Part shown: piece by piece, positions 28,355 to 40,409 of the stretch | Layout of the letters: each line of letters begins with the position of its first letter | Numbering within the stretch: position 1 is the first letter of the stretch | Source of the DNA: an uncultured bacterium | GTDB taxonomy: Bacteria; Abyssobacteria; SURF-5 | Direction of reading: 5' to 3' | Assembly (NCBI GenBank): GCA_964607485.1 | Contig: CAZSKP010000001.1 | Location: 128,001-192,000, forward strand | DNA: 64,000 nt | Made by a program: the position numbers and the translations under genes | The notes under the pieces: model-generated | What the model was told of the DNA's origin: nothing | Seen by the model: the letters and a program-made list of their open reading frames with translations, nothing else | Database searches by the model: none

Positions 28355-30396
28355 TTGGAAAGCCTGAAGATGCGAGGAGACCTGGCATTCAAGTCTCCCG
28401 GCTCGGTTCTGGCCGGAGAAAAACTGGAGAGTCCCGGCAGATTCCGGGCCAAGCTGTGTCTGTGCCTGTTGCTCGCCGGATTCACGGCGGTGGGAATAAA
28501 GCTTGTGGACATCCAGGTCTTCCAATACGACTTCTGGGTCCGATACGTTGACGACCAGAGGAAGACCGCCATCATCATCTATCCCCAGCGGGGAACGATT
28601 TATGACCGCAACAAGAGGCCCCTGGCGACCTCGGTGGTGCAAGAGGTTCTCTGCGTGGTTCCGTCACGCGTCACCGACGTTGCGAAGCTTGCCGCCGCCC
28701 TGTCTCCGTATGCAAAGATGCCCGCCGGAAAAATTATCGAGAAGATTCGGAACACCCAGTTGTATCTGATATATCTGCGTCGGGGACTCGACGTGGAGAC
28801 CGTGGAAAAAATCAAAGCGATGAAGCTCGACGGCGTCGAGTTCCGCAGCGAAAGCTCGCGTCACTATCCCAAAGGTGTTCTTGCCAGCAACGTGATGGGT
28901 TTTGCAAATCTGGACAACAAAGGGTTGGAAGGACTCGAGTACAAATTCGACGCCCGACTTGCCGGAGAGGCTGGAAAGCAGATTGTAATCAAAGACAATT
29001 CGAGAAGAGAAATCGTGTCGCTTGCCCGAACGGTAAAGGAAGCGCGCGACGGCGACCATATCGTCTTGACAATCGACGAAATTATTCAGTATATTACCGA
29101 GAAGGCGCTTGACGGGATTGTGGAGTCGTTTTCACCCGATAGCGTCTCGGCGGTTGTGATAGACCCGAGAACGGGCGAAGTGCTGGCCATGGCGTGCAGG
29201 CCGACCTTCGTTCCCAATAAGCCGTCCACCTACAAGGCTGAAAGGCTCCGAAACCGCGTCGTAACGGATGTATTTGAGCCGGGCTCCTCGTTCAAACCGA
29301 TAGCGGCCGCTGCTGCGCTCGAGGGCAACGTGATCACTCCGGAAGATCGCGTGTACTGCGAGCTTGGCTTACTGCGATATCACGGCCATACCTTCCACGA
29401 CGTCCATCCCTTCGCCGAGATATCGTTCGCCGATGTGATAGCGCAGTCGAGCAACATCGGCATGATCAAGGTTGTAAGCCTGCTCGAGCCGCAGTACCTT
29501 TACAGCTACATCAGTGGTTTCGGATTCGGAAAGCTCACCGGAATCGACCTCCCCGGAGAATCTGCTGGAATCGTCCATCCGCCGTCGAAGTGGTCAGGCC
29601 TTTCAATGGGGTCGATCCCCATCGGCCAGGAAATAAGCGTGACATGTTTGCAGCTTGCGGTCGCCTTTTCCGCCATCGCAAACGACGGGGTCCTGATGAG
29701 ACCGTATCTGGTCTCGGAAGTCTTGAGTCCTAAATTGGAAACTCTCGAAAAGAACCGTCCCCAATCCGTTCGACCGGTGATAAAGCCAAAGACCGCAAAG
29801 AGTCTGAAGAAAATGTTGGAGCGCGTGGTAACTTCCGGCACCGGCGAGGAGGCGAGGCTCGCCGGGTACGATTGCGCGGGGAAGACGGGAACCGCGCAAA
29901 AGCCCGACCTCTTGAACGGGGGCTATTACGATCACAAATATGTCTCCGTATTCGCAGGATTTGTCTCGGCTGAGGACACTGTGGCCTGCATAGTCGTCGT
30001 CGCGGACTCGCCCAAGGGAAAGAAATATTACGGGGGACAAGTGGCTGCCCCCGCGTTCAAGGAAATCGCGCAGGGAATACTGAATCATCTCGAGATTCCC
30101 CCCGTGAAGCCCGAGGAGCAGCTTTCTCCCGAGCCCGACAAGCCGTTGATTGCCCACACTCCGGCAACCAAGGAAGCCTACACGCGACCCCTCGTTCTCA
30201 ACGACGTGGACGGCGTTCCCATAATGCCGGATGTCAGAGGGATGACGATGAGGGCGGTACTGGACTTATTGTCCGAATATTCCTCCCGCTTCGAGTTCGA
30301 GGGCTCGGGCGTTGCATTCCGTCAGGAGCCGGCTCCGAAGGAAAAGATATTGAGCGGGCACAAGTACCAGATCGCCTTCAAGAGAAGAGATGTCCG

Positions 30397-30400
<4 letters not shown>
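28355..30400 (+). CDS. ftsI: Class B penicillin-binding protein FtsI with C-terminal PASTA domain
   Basis: RGTIYDRN, EPGSSFK (SxxK), SSN, KTGTAQ, MPDVRGMT; exact start uncertain. Confidence 0.95.
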
Positions 30401-31887
<1,487 letters not shown>

Positions 31888-31890
31888 ACG

Positions 31891-33276
31891 ATGGAGAGAA
31901 TGACAGTCGGTGAATTGGCCGCTCTGTGCGGGGGCAAGCTGCTGAGGGGCGACCCGAAGTGGGAAGTGCCCGGCATCTCCACCGACAGCCGGACCATTCA
32001 AAAGGGCGAGCTCTTTCTCGCCCTGAAGGGAGACCGCTTCGACGGACACGACTTCGCCGAGGCCGCTCTCGGCAGGGGTGCCGTCGGGGTCGTCGGAGAA
32101 CGCCGCAGACTGACCGACCTGGCGCAGCAAGCCAATCGTCATGCCAGTCTGATAGAGGTCGGCGACACGCTCGCCGCGCTCCATATGCTTGCACAGGGGT
32201 ATCGCTCGAAGTTCCGCGCGCCGCTCGTCGCCGTGACTGGAAGCTGCGGCAAGACGACCACGAAGGATATGCTGGCCGGGATTCTCGGCCGGACCCGAAA
32301 GACCGTTAAGACGGAAGGCAACCTGAACAACCTGATAGGCGCGCCCCTGATGCTGTTCCGAATAGATTCGACCACCGAGGCGGCCGTCATCGAAATCGCC
32401 TCGAACGCGCCCGGCGAGATCGCGCGGCTCGCCCGAATTCTGAGACCCACTGCGGGGATAATCACGAACGTCGGCCCCGTGCATCTCGAGGGACTCGCCA
32501 CCGTCGAGGGTGTGTTCAAGGAGAAAGCTTCCCTCATCCCTCACATTTCCGCCGACGGATTTCTCGTCGTGAATGGGGAGGACATTCCGGTCGAGCGTGT
32601 GCGCCCGATGTTCGGCGGCAAAGTGATCACGTTCGGGCTGAAGGAATCGGCCGATTTCCATCCGACCGACATCCGGCAGGACGTCAAGACCGGCACGGAA
32701 TTTCTGATGAACGGCAAGGAGCCACTCCGAATTTCCACCGTCGGAACACATAACGTGCTGAACGCGCTCGCGGCGGTCGCCGCAGCGACCGTGCTCGGCG
32801 TCGATGGCGACTCAATCCGGCAGGGGTTGGAGGGATTCGCCCCCGGCAAGATGCGGATGGAGGTGCGTGAGCATCGCGGGGCGACAATCGTCAATGACGC
32901 ATACAACGCCAACCCGCGCGCGATGCGCGAGTCCATCTCTACCGTCATGGCAATGCCCGCGAAGAGGAGGATTCTCGCGCTGGGAGACATGCTGGAGCTG
33001 GGCGAACACGCGCGCGAGGAGCATCGTTCCCTCGGCCGGTTCGTCGGCCGGAGCGGCGCCGACCTGCTTTACGTGCGGGGAGACTTTAGCTCCGAAGTCA
33101 GGGACGGCGCGGTCGAGGGCGGCATGCAGTCCGAGCGAGTGTACTGCTGCGCCGACGCCGCCGAGATCGCCACATCCCTCAAGTATATTCTCGGTCCCGA
33201 CGACCTGTTGCTGGTGAAAGGCTCCAGGGGGATGCGGATGGAACAGGTTGTCCAACTGCTTTTGGAAGAAGAATAA
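31891..33276 (+). CDS. murF: UDP-MurNAc-tripeptide--D-Ala-D-Ala ligase
   Basis: TGSCGKTTTK, GNLNN, NDAYNANP, GDMLELG, KGSRG. Confidence 0.97.
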   Translation: MERMTVGELAALCGGKLLRGDPKWEVPGISTDSRTIQKGELFLALKGDRFDGHDFAEAALGRGAVGVVGERRRLTDLAQQANRHASLIEVGDTLAALHMLAQGYRSKFRAPLVAVTGSCGKTTTKDMLAGILGRTRKTVKTEGNLNNLIGAPLMLFRIDSTTEAAVIEIASNAPGEIARLARILRPTAGIITNVGPVHLEGLATVEGVFKEKASLIPHISADGFLVVNGEDIPVERVRPMFGGKVITFGLKESADFHPTDIRQDVKTGTEFLMNGKEPLRISTVGTHNVLNALAAVAAATVLGVDGDSIRQGLEGFAPGKMRMEVREHRGATIVNDAYNANPRAMRESISTVMAMPAKRRILALGDMLELGEHAREEHRSLGRFVGRSGADLLYVRGDFSSEVRDGAVEGGMQSERVYCCADAAEIATSLKYILGPDDLLLVKGSRGMRMEQVVQLLLEEE

Positions 33277-34377
33277 ATGCTGCATCTGCTGCTGACAAAA
33301 CTGACGCCGTACGTTTCGGCATTCAACCTGTTCAACTACATCACGTTCCGCTCGGCGCTCGCGGCCATGACGTCGCTTGCGCTCAGCATCTTTCTCGGTC
33401 CGTGGGTGATCAGAAAGCTGAAAGCGTTGAAGGTGGGACAACAGATACGCAGGGAGTACGTGGACGACCTTCACAAGATTCATCAGTACAAGGCAGGCAC
33501 TCCCACCATGGGTGGCGTGCTCATCATAGGTTCCGTTGCTGTCGCCACGCTGCTGTGGGCGAACATTCAAAACAGGCTGGTGATAATATCGCTTCTCTGC
33601 ACGGTATGGCTGGGGATAGTCGGCTTCACCGACGACCTCATCAAGATGAGGAAGAAGCGTTCCCTGGGGTTGACTGCTCGACTGAAATTCACGGCGCAGA
33701 TTGCGTTCGGGCTGGCGCTCGGCATATACCTCTACTACAACCCGGTCAACGTGGAATACGGCACAAAGATCGAGCTTCTGTTTTTCAAGAACGTGTACAT
33801 CTCGCTCGGCTGGCTTTATGTGCCCTTCGTGATTCTCGTGATAGTCGGCACTTCGAACGCGGTAAATCTGACCGACGGACTCGACGGGCTGGCCATCGGG
33901 TCGGTTGTCATGGCGGCCCTGGCTTACACCGGCATGGCCTACCTCGTCGGCCGCACCGACTTCGCACGATATCTCTTCGTCACCTATGTGGCCGGCGCCG
34001 GCGAGCTTGCCATTTTCCTGTCGGCGATTGCAGGAGCGGGCCTGGGATTCCTCTGGTACAACGCACACCCGGCCGACGTTTTCATGGGCGACACGGGCGC
34101 GCTTGCGTTGGGCGGCGCGCTGGGCACGGTCGCGATACTCATCAAGCAGGAGTTGTTGCTCGTGATTGTCGGGGGTCTGTTCGTCGTCGAGGCCGCATCC
34201 GTCATCATTCAGGTGCTTTCATACAAATTGCGCGGGGGCAAGAGGGTGTTCAAGATGGCTCCGCTCCATCATCATTTCGAGCTCCTGGGCTGGTCTGAAA
34301 CGAAGGTGACGGTACGGTTCTGGATTATCGCGGCAATCTTTGCGCTGCTCAGTCTCAGCACGCTGAAGGTGAGATGA
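33277..34377 (+). CDS. mraY: Phospho-N-acetylmuramoyl-pentapeptide transferase
   Basis: GTPTMGG, NAVNLTDGLDGLA, FMGDTG, APLHHHFE. Confidence 0.98.
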   Translation: MLHLLLTKLTPYVSAFNLFNYITFRSALAAMTSLALSIFLGPWVIRKLKALKVGQQIRREYVDDLHKIHQYKAGTPTMGGVLIIGSVAVATLLWANIQNRLVIISLLCTVWLGIVGFTDDLIKMRKKRSLGLTARLKFTAQIAFGLALGIYLYYNPVNVEYGTKIELLFFKNVYISLGWLYVPFVILVIVGTSNAVNLTDGLDGLAIGSVVMAALAYTGMAYLVGRTDFARYLFVTYVAGAGELAIFLSAIAGAGLGFLWYNAHPADVFMGDTGALALGGALGTVAILIKQELLLVIVGGLFVVEAASVIIQVLSYKLRGGKRVFKMAPLHHHFELLGWSETKVTVRFWIIAAIFALLSLSTLKVR

Positions 34378-35726
34378 CTATGCTCTCGCTCTCGGGGAAG
34401 AGGGTGACCGTGGCGGGAATGGGCCTGAGCGGAGCCGCCGCCGCAAGGCTGCTTCGCAAACAAAACGCGCACGTCACTCTGACGGACGACAAGAGTGAGG
34501 ACGAATTGGAAGAAGCGATGAAGACGCTTGAGGGCATCGACGTCGAGTATCGTCTGGGCCGGATCGACTCGGACCTTCTGCTCGACTCGGACCTGGTGGT
34601 CATCAGTCCGGGAGTGCCTTCGGACTTGCCCCAGGTCGAGCGCGCGCGAAGGGCCGCCGTCGATGTCATCAGCGAGATTGAACTGGCGTACTCGTTCTGC
34701 GACGCGCCCATCGTCGCCGTCACGGGAACAAACGGCAAAACGACTACGACGATGTTGACTCATCACATAGCCGCTCAGGCCGGACTCAAGGCCGCGCTTG
34801 CGGGGAACATCGAGATACCGTTTTCGCGAGTGGTAGGCGAAGGCCCCTTCGAGGTGGTCGTGCTCGAGGTAAGCAGCTTCCAGTTGGAAAACATAAGGCG
34901 TTTCAGGCCGCTGGTCGGAGTTCTCCTGAACATCTCGCCCGACCACCTCGACCGGTATCGAAGTGTCGACGACTACACCGAGGCCAAACTCTCCCTGTTC
35001 AGAAATCAGTCGGCAGGCGACTTCGCCGTGCTCAACCGGGACGATGCCGCCGTGGCGCGAATCGCCGCGCGCGTGCATTCCGCGAAGCTCGAGTTCAGCA
35101 TGCGCGAGGAGGTCGAGCAGGGCGCTTTTCTCCGTGGCAACACGCTTGTCGTGCGGTTCGACGGCAGGGAAGAAGAGGTTATGGACGCCGGCGACATCCC
35201 GCTCCCCGGCCGGCACAACATAGAAAACGTGCTCGCCGCGATAGCCGCCACATTGCCGCTCAAGGTTTCGGCGAAGCGTTGCGCGCAGGCGGTCGCAAGC
35301 TTTCCCGGCGTCGAGCACCGACTTGAAAGAGTCCGCGAGATAAACGGCGTGCTGTTTGTCAACGATTCGAAAGCGACCAACATCGGAGCTCTCGAGAAGT
35401 CGCTCGAGAGTTTCGACAGGCCCATCATATTGATAGCGGGAGGGCGGGGGAAGAAAAGCGATTACCGAGTCCTCCGGCCGCTCATCGGAAAAAGGGTGAG
35501 GGAAATGGTAGTCATAGGCGAGGACGCTCCGCTTCTGGAGGATGCCTTCGGCGACATCGTCCCGACCCGACGGGCAGAGACTCTCCCCGAGGCCGTCAGG
35601 CAGGCGGCGTCGCTCGCGCGGTCGGGCGACTGCGTTCTGCTCGCTCCCGCGTGCGCGAGCTTCGACATGTTTCTTAACTACGAGCACAGAGGCCGAGTGT
35701 TCAAGGAGGCCGTCGAGGGGTTGTGA
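34374..35726 (+). CDS. murD: UDP-MurNAc-L-Ala--D-Glu ligase
   Basis: TGTNGKTT, EVSSFQL, DHLDRY, NDSKATN, PACASFD. Confidence 0.97.
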   Translation: MTMLSLSGKRVTVAGMGLSGAAAARLLRKQNAHVTLTDDKSEDELEEAMKTLEGIDVEYRLGRIDSDLLLDSDLVVISPGVPSDLPQVERARRAAVDVISEIELAYSFCDAPIVAVTGTNGKTTTTMLTHHIAAQAGLKAALAGNIEIPFSRVVGEGPFEVVVLEVSSFQLENIRRFRPLVGVLLNISPDHLDRYRSVDDYTEAKLSLFRNQSAGDFAVLNRDDAAVARIAARVHSAKLEFSMREEVEQGAFLRGNTLVVRFDGREEEVMDAGDIPLPGRHNIENVLAAIAATLPLKVSAKRCAQAVASFPGVEHRLERVREINGVLFVNDSKATNIGALEKSLESFDRPIILIAGGRGKKSDYRVLRPLIGKRVREMVVIGEDAPLLEDAFGDIVPTRRAETLPEAVRQAASLARSGDCVLLAPACASFDMFLNYEHRGRVFKEAVEGL

Positions 35727-36853
35727 TGCGAAACGACGAATTCAAATTTCTGCTTATCATCACGGGGCTGCTTCTCTTCTTCGGCCTCACGATGGCATAC
35801 AGCGCGAGCGCGTCGGTCGGTGAGAAGATGATGGGGGATGACTATTATTACCTCAAGCGAATGATAGCGTTTGCGGTGGTGGGCTCAATCGGGTTGATTC
35901 TCGCGGCAGTCATTCATTACGAGACGTGGACTCGACACTGGCCGATCTTTTACGGGGTTTCGGTGGTGGGTCTGCTTCTCGTGTTTACGTCTATGGGAGT
36001 ACAGGTGGGCGAGGCCAGAAGGAGCCTCAACCTCGGGTTCATTACGGTACAGCCGTCGGAGTTCGCGCGACTGGCGGCCGTGTTCTTCCTCGCGAGCTTC
36101 TGCGCGAGGAAGGCTGAGCATCTGAAAAATCTGAAGAAGGGCTTCATTCCGGCCATGGCGGCCGTGTCGGTGCTGGCGGGGCTCATTCTGGCCGGGCGCG
36201 ACCTCGGCATACCGGTCACCATCGGACTGACCGCGCTCTTTGTCCTCTTCATTGCCGGCGCCAACGTTCTCCACCTGGCGGCGACCGCAGGCGCGGCGGC
36301 GGTGTCGCTGGTGCTGCTCATCGTCATCGAGCCCTATCGAATGCACCGGCTGATAGCGTTCATCGACCCTTGGGAGGACCCCAAGCGCTATGGTTGGCAG
36401 ATAATCCAGTCGATGGCAGCCCTGGGCAGCGGCGGCGTTTGGGGAGTCGGCCCCGGACGCGGACTCCAGAAGTGTCTCTATCTGCCGGCGGCGCACACCG
36501 ATTTCGTTTTTTCGATTATCGGCGAGGAGCTGGGGTTGGTCGGGACAATGGTCATCAACCTCGCCTTCGCTTTGCTTGCGGTGGTCGGAACCCGCATCGC
36601 GCTGAAGGCGACCAACAGGGAGGCCTCGTTCCTCGCACTCGGGCTCAGCTTCATGATTGCCATCACTGCGTTCATCAACATGGCCGTCGCGGTTGACATG
36701 CTTCCGACGAAAGGCATCACTCTGCCGCTCGTGAGCTACGGCGGCAGCTCGCTCTTAACAAACATGATCGCGGTTGGGATACTTATGAATATTGCGCGCC
36801 TGTCGATGGAGCGGGAAAAGTTGCAGCCCATTCCGATGATGAGCGGAATGTAA
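35726..36853 (+). CDS. ftsW: SEDS peptidoglycan polymerase FtsW
   Basis: QPSEF, LPAAHTDF, GEELG, PTKGITLPLVSYGGSS. Confidence 0.97.
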   Translation: MRNDEFKFLLIITGLLLFFGLTMAYSASASVGEKMMGDDYYYLKRMIAFAVVGSIGLILAAVIHYETWTRHWPIFYGVSVVGLLLVFTSMGVQVGEARRSLNLGFITVQPSEFARLAAVFFLASFCARKAEHLKNLKKGFIPAMAAVSVLAGLILAGRDLGIPVTIGLTALFVLFIAGANVLHLAATAGAAAVSLVLLIVIEPYRMHRLIAFIDPWEDPKRYGWQIIQSMAALGSGGVWGVGPGRGLQKCLYLPAAHTDFVFSIIGEELGLVGTMVINLAFALLAVVGTRIALKATNREASFLALGLSFMIAITAFINMAVAVDMLPTKGITLPLVSYGGSSLLTNMIAVGILMNIARLSMEREKLQPIPMMSGM

Positions 36854-36880
36854 CTAGTTGTCGCAACCACAGGGTGTCTT

Positions 36881-37984
36881 ATGAAAGTCGCACTTGCCGG
36901 GGGCGGGACGGGTGGACACGTCTTCCCCGCAGTCGCCATAGCGGAAGAGCTGAAGAGGCGCGACCCGCACCTGCAGCTCATGTATCTTGGGAAAAGCGGC
37001 TCCATAGAGGAGCGGATTGCCGCCGACAAGATGATCCCGTTTCGGTCTATCATCGTCGAGGGGCTGCCCAGAGAGAACGTGCTCAAAAAGCTGCGTTCCG
37101 CCGTGAGCAGCGGGGTCGGCCTGTTGCAGTCACTGGCGATCCTGTTTCGGTTTCGGCCGCACGTGGTCATCGGAACGGGCGGCTACGCGAGCCTTCCGCC
37201 CATACTCGCGGCGAGTATCCTACGCATTCCGACGCTGATACACGAGCAAAACTGCGTTCCGGGCAAGGCGAATCGCCTGTGTTCGCGGTTTGCAGACATC
37301 GTCACCGTCCACTTCGAGGAATCCCAACGGTATTTCCCGGAAAAGGCGCCCCGCATTGTCGGCAACCCGATTCGCTCGGATTTTCTTCCGGAGCGGCTCA
37401 AGACAATCGACCGGGCGGAATCGAAGCGAAAGCTGGGGCTGGGTCCGGACAAGTTCACCATCTTCGTTCTGGGCGGCAGCCGCGGAGCTCATTCGCTCAA
37501 CGCCGCGCTCGTCGATGCGCTTCCGCACCTCGACCCGCGCCGGTTCCAGCTCGTGTGTATGACGGGAAAGGACGATTACAGGTGGGTTCGCGACGCGTGC
37601 GAGAAGGCGGGCGTCACCGCCGCCGTCTTTCAATTCATCGACGACATGGTGGCCGCCTACAGCGCGGCCGACCTTGCCGTTTCGCGGGCGGGAGCGAGCA
37701 CGCTTGCCGAGCTCGCGGCCATGGGCCTGCCCGCGATACTGGTTCCTTACCCGCATGCGACCGACCGGCACCAGGAGCTCAACGCTCGCGCGCTGGCCGA
37801 GGCCGGCGCGGCGCAGATGATAATGAACGGCGAGCTTCGGGGAGATGTGCTCGCGGAAAAGATACAGTCGCTCGCGGGGGACGAGCAGACGCTCGACCTC
37901 ATGCGCTCACGCAGCAAACGGCTCGGCAGGCCCGACGCATCCGAGAGAGTTGTGAATATACTTTTTGAATTTGTGTTCGAATAG
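36881..37984 (+). CDS. murG: Lipid II N-acetylglucosaminyltransferase
   Basis: GGGTGGH, HEQN, GNPIR, GGSRGA, SRAGAST, HQELNA. Confidence 0.97.
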   Translation: MKVALAGGGTGGHVFPAVAIAEELKRRDPHLQLMYLGKSGSIEERIAADKMIPFRSIIVEGLPRENVLKKLRSAVSSGVGLLQSLAILFRFRPHVVIGTGGYASLPPILAASILRIPTLIHEQNCVPGKANRLCSRFADIVTVHFEESQRYFPEKAPRIVGNPIRSDFLPERLKTIDRAESKRKLGLGPDKFTIFVLGGSRGAHSLNAALVDALPHLDPRRFQLVCMTGKDDYRWVRDACEKAGVTAAVFQFIDDMVAAYSAADLAVSRAGASTLAELAAMGLPAILVPYPHATDRHQELNARALAEAGAAQMIMNGELRGDVLAEKIQSLAGDEQTLDLMRSRSKRLGRPDASERVVNILFEFVFE

Positions 37985-38007
37985 ACTCGACGATACGGAG
38001 GAATGAA

Positions 38008-39468
38008 TTGATCAGGTCGGTCAAGAAAGTTCATTTCGTAGGCATCGGCGGCATCGGCATGAGCGGCCTGGCCGAGATACTGCTCAACCTCGGCTACCAG
38101 GTCTCCGGCTCGGACCTCAACCCCAGCGCGATCACGAACCGTTTGAAAAGGCTCGGAGCAACCTTCTACGAACGGCATTCGGCCGAAAACGTCGAGGGGG
38201 CGAGCATCGTCGTTTACTCAGCCGCCATTTCTCGGGATAATCCGGAGCTTCTCGCGGCGCAGGCCGCCAAAATCCCGGCCATTCCCCGCAGCGAAATGCT
38301 CGCCGACCTCATGCGCCTGAAACCGAACGCCATAGCCGTCGCGGGCACGCACGGCAAAACGACCACCACGTCCATGATCGCGGCACTTCTGGAAAGGGCC
38401 GACATCGAATCCACGGCGATAATCGGGGGCATCCTGAACCGCAACGGAAGCAACGTCTCCTGGGGAACGGGCGACTTTCTGGTCGCCGAGGCCGACGAGC
38501 ACGACGGCTCTTTTCTGAAATTGTTTCCGACAATCACCGTCGTGACGAGCATAGACGCCGAGCATCTCGAGTACTATGGCACGATAGACGAGATAAAGCG
38601 CGCGTTCCTCGATTTCGTCAGCCGCATTCCGTTTTACGGATTTTCCGTCGTGAACAAGGAGGACGCCAACGTCCGCGACATCTTGCCGCACATACCCTCC
38701 AACCTGATCACGTACGCGATAAATCACCCTGCCGACCTCGAGGCCATCGACATCAAGACGAACCCGATGGTGCTTCAGAGCGGCAGGTTCGACGTGGAGC
38801 GCATGGAAACCTCTTTTGAAGTCAAGAATTCGAACAAGCACCTGGAACCGTTGGGGACGCTCGGCCGTGTAAGGGTCAAGGCCGCCGGGAAACACAACGT
38901 CTTGAATGCGCTCGCCGCCATCGGGGTGGGCCTGGGGCTGGGGATGCCGTTCGACCAGATTTGTGAAGGGCTGCTCCTCTACGAGGGGGTCGAACGCAGG
39001 CTTCAGGTCAAGGCGAACACGGGAGGCGTGCTCGTGGTCGAGGACTACGCGCACCACCCGACCGAGATATCGGCGACCCTCGATGCGGTGTCTCACTTCG
39101 GAGCCAAGCGCATCATCGCGGTGTTTCAGCCACATCTTTACAGCAGGACGAAGTTCTTCACGACGGAATTCGCGCAGTCGCTCTTGCCGGCGTCGAAGCT
39201 GCTTGTCACGGAAATCTATAAGGCGAGGGAGGAGCCGATGCCGGGAGTGAGCGGGCTGAATATCGTGAAGGCGGCGCGCGAGTTCGGCCATTCCGACGCC
39301 GAATTCATCGAGGATAAGTGGAGCGTGCCCGATGCCATCGAGGCCGACCTGGCGCAGGGGGATGTGGTGCTCGTGCTGGGCGCCGGCGACATATGGAAGG
39401 TGGCCGACGAGATCGCCGGCCGTGTAAAGGAGAAGTTCGGTTCGAAGGCTGAAAAGGAAGGCCGTTGA
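38008..39468 (+). CDS. murC: UDP-N-acetylmuramate--L-alanine ligase
   Basis: GIGGIGMSG, GTHGKTTTT, EADEHD, DYAHHP, FQPH. Confidence 0.97.
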   Translation: MIRSVKKVHFVGIGGIGMSGLAEILLNLGYQVSGSDLNPSAITNRLKRLGATFYERHSAENVEGASIVVYSAAISRDNPELLAAQAAKIPAIPRSEMLADLMRLKPNAIAVAGTHGKTTTTSMIAALLERADIESTAIIGGILNRNGSNVSWGTGDFLVAEADEHDGSFLKLFPTITVVTSIDAEHLEYYGTIDEIKRAFLDFVSRIPFYGFSVVNKEDANVRDILPHIPSNLITYAINHPADLEAIDIKTNPMVLQSGRFDVERMETSFEVKNSNKHLEPLGTLGRVRVKAAGKHNVLNALAAIGVGLGLGMPFDQICEGLLLYEGVERRLQVKANTGGVLVVEDYAHHPTEISATLDAVSHFGAKRIIAVFQPHLYSRTKFFTTEFAQSLLPASKLLVTEIYKAREEPMPGVSGLNIVKAAREFGHSDAEFIEDKWSVPDAIEADLAQGDVVLVLGAGDIWKVADEIAGRVKEKFGSKAEKEGR

Positions 39469-40409
39469 GAGTTGCGATTCCTAAATCGGGAATGCGGAAC
39501 ATGGACAACGAGTTGCGCGAAGAAATCAGGAAACTCATCCGGGGCGAGGTGAGGAGCCGGGAGCCCATGTCCGGCCACACTTCCTTCGGCATTGGTGGTC
39601 CGGCTGACATCTGGGCTGTGCCTCAATCGCTCGAAGACCTCTTTGCGCTGCTCGACCTGTGTGAGACAAAGAAGATTCCATACATGATAATCGGACGCGG
39701 CACGAACCTGCTCGTCCGCGACGGCGGCGTTGGGGGAGTGGTCATAAGTTTGGACGATGCCTGCGGACATCTGGACGCGAACAGGGTCCGCATTGTGGCC
39801 GGCGCGGGCATTTCGCTGAATGTTTTGGTCAGATTCGCCGCCCAGCACGGGCTGCAGGGCCTCGAATTCTGCGTCGGCATACCCGGCTCTGTCGGTGGGG
39901 GGCTGGCGACGAACGCGGGAGCGTGGGGAAGCAGCCTGGGCGAGGTCGTCAAGAGCGTCGTCATCTATGATCCCAGGAAGCGGGAGACCCAAAGGCTGGC
40001 GAAGGGCGAGATAACTTTCGAATACAGGAAGAGCGACCTCGCCTCCCGCGGAGTGATACTGGAAGCGGAGTTCGAGGTGAAAGCGGCCGAGCCCGATGCG
40101 ATATTCGCCCGGATGAGAGAACATCTTCTGCAGAGGTCGAACAGCCAGCCGCTCGGATTCAAGAGCGCAGGATGTATTTTCAAAAACCCGGCCGACCGCC
40201 CGGCAGGCGCTTTGATTGAAGCACTCGGATTCAAGGGGTACAGGCGCGGAGGCGCGGAGGTGTCCGACGTTCACGCCAACTTCATCCTCAACTCCGGTTC
40301 CGCCAGCGCGGCCGACGTGCTGGCGATAATGGCCGAGATCAAGAAGCGTTCGCTCGCTCAGGCCGGCATCGACCTGGAGGAGGAAATCGAGGTAGTGGGG
40401 AGAGATTGA
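39465..40409 (+). CDS. murB: UDP-N-acetylenolpyruvoylglucosamine reductase
   Basis: HTSFGIGGPA, GRGTNLL, GIPGSVGG, NAGA, SAGCIFKNP, HANF; start may be ATG 39501. Confidence 0.96.
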   Translation: MRVAIPKSGMRNMDNELREEIRKLIRGEVRSREPMSGHTSFGIGGPADIWAVPQSLEDLFALLDLCETKKIPYMIIGRGTNLLVRDGGVGGVVISLDDACGHLDANRVRIVAGAGISLNVLVRFAAQHGLQGLEFCVGIPGSVGGGLATNAGAWGSSLGEVVKSVVIYDPRKRETQRLAKGEITFEYRKSDLASRGVILEAEFEVKAAEPDAIFARMREHLLQRSNSQPLGFKSAGCIFKNPADRPAGALIEALGFKGYRRGGAEVSDVHANFILNSGSASAADVLAIMAEIKKRSLAQAGIDLEEEIEVVGRD